DNA from: Azolla caroliniana
Lineage: Eukaryota > Plantae > Polypodiophyta
Reading direction: 5' to 3'
Assembly: GCA_043228905.1 (NCBI GenBank)
Contig: JBHGNT010000016.1
Coordinates: 8,866,001 to 8,930,000, forward strand
DNA: 64,000 nucleotides
The notes under the pieces were generated by a model. The model was not told the origin of the DNA and searched no databases. It worked only from the letters and a program-made list of their open reading frames with translations. Position 1 is the stretch's first letter; every line of letters starts with the position of its first letter. Both the position numbers and the translations under genes were made by a program. Below are positions 12,684-24,400 of the stretch, piece by piece.

Positions 12684-14447
12684 TCACTCCATTAGGAGGT
12701 TCGGAACAGGTTGCTCTCCAAGATCAACTGAGAGTGGTGCTACATCAACATGTTCTATATCCTCAGCTGAATCTTGTATGTGTTCGGAACCCGATGCATC
12801 TTCAAGGTCAACCAGGTCGGCTCCGTCCTCATCTATAGGTTCCATCGATTCTCTGGAGGCCATTTGAAACATCTCTGTTTCGTTGATGTGCTTTGCCCCA
12901 ACCTCTTGGTCCTGGTCGGGACAGTCCCAGATGCCTTGGATCCTCATCTTAATAAAGTTGAGTTGGTCGGGGTCCTTCTCCAATGTGACGCAGTTCCTAA
13001 ACAATTTGAGAGCACATGTAGTCGTCGTTCCTAAACAAACAATCACACATTGCATAAGTAAGAAAAAAAGACAATAAATGGTATTTCATTTTTAAAAAAC
13101 TAGATGAAACTGTTGTGATTACCTGTTCTAGAAAACAAGTCGAGAACCCAATCATCAGGGTTTGAGAACCACTTGACCAATCGATTTATTAAGCGCTATG
13201 GCTTTTGATAAGGGTTTACTAAACTCTTATCGCCAGGTACGTGTCACAATTTTTTTGTTACAGTTGGGCACATGATATAATTGACAACATTGCGTTCATT
13301 AACATGTGCCCGAGCCTTCTTCTTAGAAATTGTGTCGTAGTAGCCCATGCACATGTGCTCCACAACGCTCACCATTCGATCACCTGGAGCGAGTTATGTT
13401 CGTTTTAATCCTATTTCACAATTGTTTCAAAACAAGTTAATAAATATGTCGTAAGCAACATAGATTCCACAGATTAAATATATAGTAGCAGAATGTTTAC
13501 CAATGCATATGTTCGGTGGTGGCATGGCATCTCGACTTCAATGCAATCGTGACCGATAACGCTTGAACCATACTGTGAAATATAACAATACGCCATAATG
13601 GTGCTAGGGTCAGCTCCGTGAAGTCCTTAACCATCTTCTCTATTTGCGGATATTTGTATGACACATCGTTGTATGTTGAGCCTGATATTCTGAAACCATG
13701 CGGTATATCCGCGATGAGCAATGTATAATGTCTCTTAGGTAATATGTCAAACATATTACCCACATCACCATTATATACACTATAATACAATTGTTGGAAA
13801 GGATCACTCTTGTGCAAAAAGCTTTTGACGGTGTTGTGAAGATTTCCGGCTATAGTGTGAAACCGGGGTGGAATAGGGCAAGTGGGTGGTGTGTAACATG
13901 TGCACATATATAGTAGGAAACGGTGTATAGAATAAAAGGGGAGTATTTATCCCACATTGTAACGCCCTCCCGTCCTTGGTCTATAAAACGAGGGAGGGGG
14001 TCCCTTGTTGAGGGGTTGCCCATTTTGAGTTAGGAGGGTATACCGTTAGAGTTAGGGTTAGGCAATTTCTCTTATTCTTGCTTCGTTCTAGGGTTTCATC
14101 TTGGTAGTTTCCTTTCTTTCTTCTTCTTCTTCTTCTTCGTCGTGTGGGTTGTAAGGTCATGTCTGTTTAGGGTTTGCTTCTACTTGGTCCCCTATGCAAG
14201 ACCCCGCTCGGCGCGACGAGCCCGAGAGCTCCCCGATCGACGGCTTGGCAGCAGGCTATTGTTGTAACCTAACCTACCTTGGTTCGGCTCGAAGCCAGGG
14301 CGGTATCTTTTCCCTTGTAATATATATATACTCATATCTGTTTGTGCATATTGATGTATTTAGCAGTGTTTATTTGGCGGTGTTGGGAGCATAGCCCTTT
14401 TGTTTCCTGTGCATAAGAGTCGGTGTCGCGCGCATGCTCTTTCTCTC

Positions 14448-14497
<50 letters not shown>

Positions 14498-15216
14498 TTC
14501 GGTTGCCTCCGGGACGTGTCCAGAGTCGGTTTCTCAGCATCCCTTCCTCCCTCGTCCGAGACCCCCGTGGTCCCGCCCTTTTGACACACACACGCATAAT
14601 AATGTGACAACGGTATCTGAGTCCTCAGCCACTTCGAGCTCTGTTCCTTTTGTTATACGTTTCTCGTATTTAGCTCATTCTAAATGGGCGATGAAGGCGC
14701 TAGGTATGCCTTCATTGTTGTCACTATTCCTCTTTGAACGAGGTGGTTTCTGTAATTATAAACTTTGTAAGAAGAAACCCATTATCCAAAAATCAATTAA
14801 TATTTGCATAACATTCATACCCATTCTCTAAAAACAATAAAGAATTCTTCAAGAGCCTTATAAGATGATGTTTTTGGGCAAGTTTGCTCCAGTTCTTCCC
14901 ACGTAGGCAGGGACAATTTTTTCATCATCAACTCTTGAATCTTCATATACACCTTATGGCTAAAAAACAAATGAAACTAAAATTAGAAAAAAGGACAAAT
15001 CAACAAAGCAATCAAATCACTTTTGTAACTCACTTTTGTAACTCTGCAACCATTTCGTCAAGGCTAAACTCCTTGGTGGCCACTCTTGATAATACATATA
15101 TCAATAATCTATCATCCTTAATTCCTTGCAGTGACCACTAAGGAAGTAGCTTCATATCTTCGACTAACTCTTCAATTACTAAGTCACTTTTGCGTTGTTG
15201 TGGTGTACTTTGTACA
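12684..15216 (-). pseudogene. Intron-containing beta-class N6-adenine/N4-cytosine DNA methyltransferase pseudogene
   Basis: GT-AG exons 15216-15034, 14959-14821, 14749-13501 (minus the solo LTR), 13410-13123 and 13030-12684. Motifs occur in beta order: YNGDV..ILPKRHYTLLIADIPHG (IV), WIK (VII), SVVEHMCMGY (VIII), VNPYQKP*RLINRLVKWFSNPDDWVLDLFSRTGTTTTCALKLFRNCVTLEKD (X-I-II). Four stops and one frameshift. Confidence 0.88.
13832..14609 (+). mobile_element. Solo LTR inserted in the methyltransferase exon
   Basis: TG...CA ends flanked by ACGG (13828-13831 and 14610-14613), TATAAAA box near 13982 and a (CT)n tract. Removing it rejoins the host frame ..EDSDT|VKSFLHK.. Confidence 0.85.
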
Positions 15217-15228
15217 CTACGTAAAATA

Positions 15229-18200
15229 TGTGTAGAGTATCCGATGGACTAAGTATAAAGAAATAGGAGAAATATACATGCATAGGGCAGGATTTGAACC
15301 TTGTACCTCCATGTGAACGATTTTAAGCCTTATCATTGTACTAGCATATTATGAATTTTAAAGTTATAATAAACTTTATCCCATGTAAATATTCTAGATA
15401 AGCATGATAGAAAAAGTTATTCATGCATACACACTCGAGTTAAAAGAAAAGATGTGATAGAAAGCTAATCATGCACATGTAGTGTGCATGAAAACAAAAG
15501 TTAGAAAAAGCATGATGCTTGCATGTGATAAACTTAGACTCTTCTCTCACTATATAAGGAAGAGAGAAAGATATATAGGGGTTGTTGATATTTTATAAGG
15601 GCTGATTAATAAAAAATATTCGTGGGATTCACGATTTTGCCATCTATTCCTCTCTTACAATCTAAGTATCAATTAATACACTATACTCGTGGGATTCACA
15701 AGTTTCATATCTTCATTTTGAAATCTATTCATAAATAACCTTATCTCATATTCTTCTTTCTCCTAGTCCAAAACCACAACGGTTCCCACCCGACTCACGC
15801 AAACGATCCGGAGCGAAAGGCCCGACACAAGTGGTGAACCCGACGTGAAACCCGGGTGGCAAGGAGATGGAAAATCAACTGGAAACTAACAACATGATGG
15901 TGATGTTCGAGCGGATGCTACAAGAACAACGCGCGATGTCGGAGATTGCGGTGGTAGTAGAGTGGCTCGTGCAATGTAACATGCAATTCAACGGGAAGGA
16001 TGTGTCATGATATTTGCGAGATTACAAGGCGGAAATGCTACGGTGCGGAATATCAGAAGGATTGCAGGTGACATCCTTCAATCGGGTGGCTACGGACGGG
16101 CTTCAAGGGAGTACCCACGGGATACAACAACAAAATCCGACGTGGGAAGCATTTGAAGAAGCGCTAAAGACCATGTTCGCCATCGAGGACTCCTCCAAGG
16201 CAACGCGGAGGGGATTCGAAGATTGGGTGGAAACGCTAGACAAGGGGTTGAAGGTCCTCGATGTGTTTTCGGCATTCGAAAGTCGGTTCAGGAGGTTGTC
16301 CACGAGAGATCAAGCTATCCTCGCACTGGACAAAGTGATCATGTTCTTATGAGTCGTGGATGTCCGGGACCGGAAAGATCTTGGAATGCTTCTAGAGGAC
16401 ACCACTATTGAGAGTGACCTCACCAATACATGGGAAAACGTGCGGGACATCGTTGCGCAATACACAAAGAGGGGGCAATGGCTTGGTAGTGAAGAAAAGA
16501 GGGTTTCGGAACCAATTCCGAAACCAAGATCCGGATTGGAAGACCATCAACCTTGGGCTCGGAAGACTACGACCAAGAAGGGAATCGATGCAACCACGGT
16601 GGAGCAGTTGCTGAAGGAGATGGAGAATCTGAAAATCGCGATGGTGAAGAAGTCGGATGATCGTTCCACAAGTTCCAAGTATATGGACCGTCGATGCATA
16701 TGGTGCGACAACACCGAACATGATTGGAGGGATTGCGATGAGCACAAGGAGGCGCTACGACAGAATCTTATCTACTATGAGGGAAATCAGATTCATTCGA
16801 TGGACTCTCAGAAGCCACTCCGACCGAACTTCCGAAAAGGCGGCATGAAGAAGGTCCTAGAAGAGGAAATAGCAACGAAAAGCAATTATGCGACAACCGC
16901 GGGGATATGTGTGGGTGAGTCCTCTGGAGCAAAGGCGTCTTTTTGGCCAGAAGTACTAGAAAACCCCAAGAAAACTAACTCTAATGAGATCCGAAGCACC
17001 GCGGAAGGCATCCGAGAAGCTACAAGATGGCAGTGCCCAATCGATAAGAATAGCGTGTACACCCAATGCCAAACTCATGAGGTGTATGTAGATGAGAAAC
17101 GACGATGCATGGATGATGCGGCCGGACCATCAAAGACGCCGGAGAGTTGGGACTCTGAAGGGAAGGGGAAAGGAAAAACAATTCCAGCATTCAAACTCGC
17201 TTTGGACATCGAGCAACGAACGGACTTAAAAAATGTGTTCGAGGAGAGAATCCTCGATAACCGAGTAGATTTTTTGCTTCGGGAATTACTCAGAATAGCG
17301 AAGAAGGAGTTCCACGATCTTCTTGTGGATCTCGCGAAGAGAAAAATACAAAATGCGGAGGAAAATGCTCCAAGGGTGAATGCAAATACCGTTCTAATGA
17401 ATGACACTGAATTGGAGGATGAAATTCCGAACTCCCACTACACAAGGCCACATTGGGCACGCGCAACTACGGAGACTCCGGTCCGAATCGGAAACATTAA
17501 AGAGCCCGTACTAGCATTGATTGATCACGGATCGAAGATCAATTTGATGTCCACGGAGTTCTACCGGAAGGGGAAGTGGCCTATTAACACTAATCATGGA
17601 TGGAAGATCCGAGCAACCACTAAAGCAACAAAAGATTTATTTGCGGCTTGTCCGGATGTGACGGTGAAGATTGGAGATGTGGAGATTGGCCAAAATTTCT
17701 TCGTGCAAGTTGAGGTCTCACACTCTGTGATCCTCGGGCAACCCTTTATCACGGATTCACGGATGGAGACAAAGGTGCTCAATAGCGGAGCGGCTTTTGC
17801 ACGAATTCGGAGCCAAAGCGGGGGAAAATCGTCTAATTCCTAACCGTGCCATCAAATTACGAAAGGAACAAGAGAGAGCTCTTGTCCCAAACAAAAATGG
17901 ATTTTTAAAGCGGACCGTTGCGGAGTGGGGAAGTAATAGTCTGAGAAGCCTTGATACCCCACATAGGAAGAAAACTCTCGTAGCAAAAAAAGTACGAATT
18001 GGTACGAATGGGGCATCTTCATACACGGTCATAACTGGAGTAATGAAGAAAGAATTCCGAAAGGTGCAAGTTGAGTTACGGTCTGCATCAATAATAAAAG
18101 AAGACGAAGAAATCGTGGGAGTGGTCGAAGAAGTGTTCTATGGGAGCACGCTACAACGGCTTGACGATCTTGCAGAAGAGAATAGCTAGGGAGACCGGGT

Positions 18201-19345
18201 AGTTCCGGTGGAATCGGTCGAGATGTACGAGATCATTGCGAAAATGGGGTCGGATGCGCTCCGCAAAGAAGAAGCAATGGTATGTACGAAATATAAGACC
18301 ATGGAGAAGAAGGTGAAACCGGTCGTGGGACCGCTACTCGCCGATAGCAAACAAAAGAGGAAAGAACTTTCGGGAGATCCGACACTTCGGAAGTCCGTGG
18401 ATATCGAACATGCCTTCACAAATGAGACCCGGAAAAAACTTCAGATTGGTGGAGGTGGTTTCCTCTCACAAAATGAAGAAGAACAGTTTCGTGAGATGTT
18501 GGAGCAACATGGAAGAGCATTTGCATTCACATTGAGAGAGATATGGTGTGCTGATCCGAAGATAGTGGAGCCGATGGTGATCTTCACGATTGATCATGTG
18601 TCATGGAACCTGAAGCCGATTCCGGTGCCATGGGCGCATATTCCGAAAATCATTTACTTGCTCAAGAAGAAGGTGGCGACGGGGATTCTAGAGCTATCAA
18701 ATGCTCCGTACTCAAATCGATGGTTTACGGTTCCGAAGAAGAATGGGTCAGTCCAGTTTATTCAAGATTTGTAACTGGTGAACAAGGTCACGATCCCGAA
18801 CTCCAGAGTCGGTCCGATAGTGGACGAATTTGTGGAAGCGTTTGTCGGTCGCGCGATATACTCCATCGGAGACCTATACTCCGAGTATGACCAATTCCAA
18901 CTAGCCATAGAGAGCCGAGATATCAATACCATGCAGACACCGATAGGATTAGTCCGGATGTGCACGCTACACAAGGCGCGATGAACTCGATCGCACATAT
19001 GATGAATGCTATGAACAAGGTGCTCCGGGACTGCATTCCAGAGATAACGATGCCCTTCCTAGATGACATTCCGATAAAAGGATGTGCGGTGGAAGATAAA
19101 GATGAGACTATGGATGATCGGGGATGCCGAAAGTTCATAATCGACCATATTCGCGATTGGGAGAATGTGTTACGAAAGTTAGAAGATGTGCACCTAACAC
19201 TCTCCGGAGAGAAATCAACATTTGGGCAATAAGAGATATTGGTAGTCGGACATCTATGTGGGCCCTACGACGAAGACTGTCACCAACCAAGATTGATGTG
19301 ATTCAAGCTATGAAAGAAATATGTGAGTCACAATCTGAAGTCCGT
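15229..19345 (+). mobile_element. Ty3/Gypsy element, 3'-truncated: 5' LTR, tRNA-Trp PBS, gag-protease-RT
   Basis: LTR 15229-15829 (TGTGT...ACACA) and PBS TGGTGAACCCGACGTGAA, the complement of the plant tRNA-Trp 3' end. Gag CIWCDNTEHDWRDC, protease LIDHGSKINLM, RT NRWFTVPKKNGS..QDL, DLYSEYDQ, QGAMNS, PFLDDIPIKG. Ends abruptly at SEVRR. Confidence 0.92.
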
Positions 19346-20877
19346 AGGTTGAATGGGGTTGAATGGGTTCTGCAAAAAGTGAGACAAAAGCTAAGCTATT
19401 GGAAGATTGCAACATGGCCACTTCATGTCAGATTGAGGATAGTGCAATAAATATTCATGGCTTATATGCAGTATTACTTAATTATGATTGATTGGCCGAA
19501 ACACATGATACAAAAGATTAACTCAGAAATCATAAGCAACTTTTGGTGCTCTAAGCAGTTGCATAGAGGTAGACAACTTTTATCACTAGAGAAGATATGC
19601 ACTCCACGATTGAGTAGATGGCTCAATTTTCTTAATTTGCATTTGCATATGTTGGCTAGAAAAGCTACTTTGTTGCCGAAATTTGCTAAAAAAACATTGC
19701 CTTGGGTAAGAATGCTATCTGATATGTTTGATCATTTGAAAACTAAGTCATTTGGCTCATGGGAAACTAATCATTGGGATGTAGTGTTTGGAATGCTTGG
19801 TGGGCACATCAAAGGTTGTCTGTTTAGCTCAAAGCTTCTAAAGCACTAGAAGGACGTATTGCACCACATAAAATGGAGAGGTAGGAATTCACAATCAGGG
19901 AACTCTTTACGCCTCGAAAGCTTACACTAGAGTGCTATATTCCCACAGTCATTAGCTGAACAAGAGCCTAGGAAAGCTTATTTTTTTAGCAAAGAAGGGG
20001 TTGAAATCAATTGCAAATGTGGTAAATGACCAAGGTCACTTATTGCACTTCAATGACGTGACATGTCATTATAATCTTGGGCCACATCATCGCGTTATAT
20101 GGAATCAAGTCACTGAGTAGGTGCTTTCCTTAATACCTGTGCCACCTCTTAATGGAGATCACAGGATTCAAGATTGGATGATACAAAAAGGGATCATTCT
20201 TATTCCAATGCATAACATTACAACACATTCAGTGTATATGTTGTTGCAACTTGTCCCATGGTTTCACGAACATGCAAATGCATTATGGAACCTACACAAA
20301 ATGCAGTCCTGGTGGAATAACAGGCTTGCAAACTTATGGAGCTCTAGTCTTCCACTTAAGCAACGAGTATTCATGTGGAGATACTTATTAGGTGTGCTCT
20401 CAACTAGGTCGAATCTTCAAAAGCGATCGATAGCCTCGTCACATTGTGCAAGCTGTGGTGGACAATTGGAAATAGTCCCACACTTATTATGGACTTGTTC
20501 ATTCACTACAACATTTGTACAAAGACTAAGTGCATCTCTTTATCACAAATTTCCGAGTCGAAGGTTTGGTAAACACTTTTAGATATTTGGACAAATTACA
20601 TGCACCCTATCCAATAATGCCTATTTTTTCCAATGGACATGATTTTGGGCACTTTGGACCATTTGGACAACCCACAATAATAAGGTCTTTGATCGAAACC
20701 AACTCCATGAAGTTAGCTTCTTTAAGCAATCTCTATTTGATTGTCTGCAACTTAGAGACATCACACTCCAAATTTACCACTTGTCTAATTGGCACTTTGT
20801 ATATTTTCTTTATTCTTTGTGGGTTTTCACCTCACTTTGAGATTTCCCACTAGTAATAAAAGTGTTATTAAAAAAAG
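19346..20877 (+). mobile_element. 5'-truncated L1-clade LINE (RT C-terminus and zf-RVT)
   Basis: WVLQKVRQKLSYWK..RLRIVQ, ISNFW, LWSSSLPLKQRVFMWRYLLGVLSTR, CASCGGQLEIVPHLLWTC; AATAAA and a short A tail near 20855-20877. Confidence 0.82.
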
Positions 20878-21400
20878 AAGGAGAGAGACGATAGTTAACC
20901 ACTCTCATCACTTGTGCCCCAATGCCTCATTTCACATTGCAATACATGTGGACTAAGTCACATAGAAGCAATCGTCCAAATGGCAAAGAATGAGAGAGAG
21001 AGAGAGAGAGAGAGAGCAAATTTTAGAATTATTGTCTCAATGTGTTGATCTCATGAATGTTTTCATCAAATGATAAATAAAATGGCAATTGTTCTTTCAT
21101 GAGATACAAAATTCGTCATACTAAGTACATAGTGCTTAAACTACTAGAGCAAAGACTTCATTGATCCAATTAGACATGTGGCAACATTTATTGGATGCCC
21201 TATCAACTACTTCTGTGAATCGGGGAGTTAATGGGGGAATAAGGGCAGACAAATACTTGTATGCCAAAAGCATTAATCTTCTGAGTTTTGGATGCATGCT
21301 TCTCAACATTTTCAAGAATTCCTTCAACTCGCAAAAGAACTTCAAAAGAAATTACTTAAGGCCTTCATTTAAAGATTATCATTCTTTTTGGCCTGAATTT

Positions 21401-24400
21401 TCAAAGAGTAATCCGAGCACATAAGTGCCACTTGGTTTCAGGAAGACCAAGTTTTGTTTCAAACACCCATATGTCTTCTACTACAATCTGATTATCACAA
21501 AAAAGGAGTTGAAGTTAGCCAAAAACCATGCATATAAGTCCCTAACTAAAACAATACAAAATCCCATTCTCTTCCAACAGAAAAGACTTGCAATGTCACC
21601 ATGCACAAAATCTGAAATAAGACATGTTTCGTGTATAATTTTGCAGCAATGTTTGAATTTACGTTTAAATTTTGGAATTTAAAATAAAAACACCTTGATG
21701 TTTTGAGACATCAACTAAATAATCTTAGAATATTGAGACATCTCAAGAAATAAATTGTAAACAATTTTTATGCAGTTTTATTTACTTTTGGTAACTTTAC
21801 TTTATATCAAAATGATTCAAAGAATATTCTAAATCATGACAGTATATCGAAAAGTTTTATGCTGTCAGCCTGCACAATCAAATATATAAAAATGAGAGGA
21901 ATAATTTCCTCCATAGCTCTTTTTAGTCCAGAGAAATAAATGTGTGTGAGTGAATGAATAAAATACATGAAAGCAACCGATATTAAAGAGAAATTAAATG
22001 AGTTTAAAGGCCATAATCATTTCATCAAGTTGGCTTTGTACTGTTCCTTGCTCATTCAATTTACTTTCAGCTGAAATTTTGCTAGATTGTAGCAAATGAC
22101 TAACAATCACGAAATATTTCAATCATACAAAACATGATCAACCATTAAATTATGTTCTGAAATATATTAATTTTAGACATTTCAATATTAATACCTCTTT
22201 ATCAGGATCACCTGCTAATATATCCCCAGTTTTAGCAAAGGCTCCAAATTTCTATATAACCACAAGATAAAACACCATGAATGGTTATCCAGGTGAAAAG
22301 AAGAAAAGGCAGGAAATGTATCTCAATATTCGAATGTTTTCAAAAGAAAATTGATTACGGCTTTCCCTTAATAATATTACTTGGTTTGATCGTATCTTTA
22401 GTGTCAGCTGTATATATGCTTTGTCGATATTTTTAGCATCACTGGAAGCCTACAGATGGTTAAAAAGCCACATTAAAAGGTGAATAAAATTTACAAAACC
22501 CTTTTCCCATATGGCATGAATCCTCCCTTGTTCTTATAATTAATTTAGGTTTAATACATTATATGAATAAAAAATGCCAACCATTCGTGCTTGCAGTGTT
22601 TGTATCTTGATTGGACCTACTACCTCCCAATGGATACGAGACCATACAGCTTCTCGTTGTTTCAGTTCATTTTTTATTATCTGCAAGAAAACGCTAAGAA
22701 AATTATAGATTTGTCATAATATTTGAAATACACACAGATATCTAAAACTTTATGTTGACAGTCAGACTTCAATTGAGAAACTGATATTGAATGGAAAATT
22801 CATTGAGGCAGGCTCACAGAAAACATATTATCAGTAACAAACTGCTTAAGCGTGTTGCGGTCTCCCTGAGCAATGGCAGAATTTATCTGCAAATTCCAAG
22901 TGAGGCAATTGTTCAGGTACTAGAAATCGCTTAGAAAACAGATGACGAAAATATCACGTTAAACAAACATCAGAAAACGAATGTCAATTGGATAATAAAG
23001 TATTAAAAAAACAGCAAGAAAATTTCTTAAGAGGGCCTATAATAAGCTTCCAGTCTCTAATAGAAATTGTAAATTTCATAAGAAAGTCTATTAAGGAATG
23101 TGCTGCTCTTAAAACAATCGCATTTCGAGAAAACAGTCAATCTTTTTGCAAAAGCCATTACTTTGCTTAACCAATAACCAGATTCACAATCCTACCTATC
23201 CCGCAAATTAATATCAAAGAAAAGTCATCCCACAACTCAACTGCAGATCTAGGCGACATATCTGTACACCATAATGCAATTGACCAATATTGTATACTTG
23301 CCTCAGTCATAAGGGCAGATTCAGTTCGTTTCATATCAGATGCACCTCTTGTAAACTTCACCTTTCTTTGCTTGCACGTCTCTGTGACAATGTCCAGCCA
23401 ATATGAGGATGGACCTTGATCAATTCTAATTTCTCAAAATGCTGGCATAGGCGAGTGTAATTCAACCCACCCCACATAAAAACCCATCTGAACAATCATA
23501 GAATTTATCAACTTCATGCACGGGTAGGACAAGATGTTACAATGCATGCCACACGTCATTGTGCACAAGAGTAGCTGAAAATTCATATAACAGCAGTTAT
23601 ATTATGCACCATTATGGTTCTATCACTTCTCCAGAGAGCTGTAACTGATTCAGCATGAAATGTCGAGCACTAGTGTGTTAAAAAAACAAAATACGATGAC
23701 CTATATATACAATTATGACATATACATACATACAGTTATATAACACCTATCTACCCTTTAAGAGAGGTGCGAAAGCAGCCTAGTGAAGTCACCCTATTGT
23801 TCGTCTACTTGTAAATTAGAGCAACAAAGAAACTGGTCAGATAAATAAAAAACAATTGACAAGAACTCAATTAAATTTACCTGTTTGTAAAGAGTACATG
23901 CCTCAGAATAAAACTTTTTTCTCGTATACCCTGCCTTTTGACGAAGCTTTGCTATGGCATACGCACTCTTCAACTGTGATTAAGAAGAGAGACAGTTGAA
24001 TGATAAGAATGTTTTCAATTTTGATTCCTGAATTCAGATCCAGCCACTAGCATAATCAGTATTTTCAAAGACTACCATAATGCATGTGTCTCATTATGAA
24101 ACAAGTTACAACAGAATGAGAGAATGCCATAAAGGACACAATCAGAAGACCAATGAGGGAACGGTGAAGCAAAGCAAATGAGACTTATCAAGGAGAAAGA
24201 CAAGCCCTGGTTTCCATAGTTACAACGTTATTGTAATATTCTCCATTACCTAGAAGAGTCACAACAAAAAAAACATTTCATACCTAGAAAGAATGCTAGA
24301 TCTACCAGTTATTGATTGGGAGAAAACAACCAAGACTCTTCGCATTCATGAAATTAGTATACTAAGTTACGTCAGGACATCCTAGGAAACAATTAAGGTA

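Noticed and set aside
14610-14624. ACGGTATCTGAGTC after the LTR looks like a tRNA-Met PBS (TGGTATCAGAGC)
   Set aside because: It is the duplicated target site plus methyltransferase coding sequence; no retroelement internal region follows.
12684-15216. Bacterial contamination as the source of the methyltransferase
   Set aside because: The gene has four spliceosomal GT-AG introns, carries a plant LTR insertion and is contiguous with plant retroelements.
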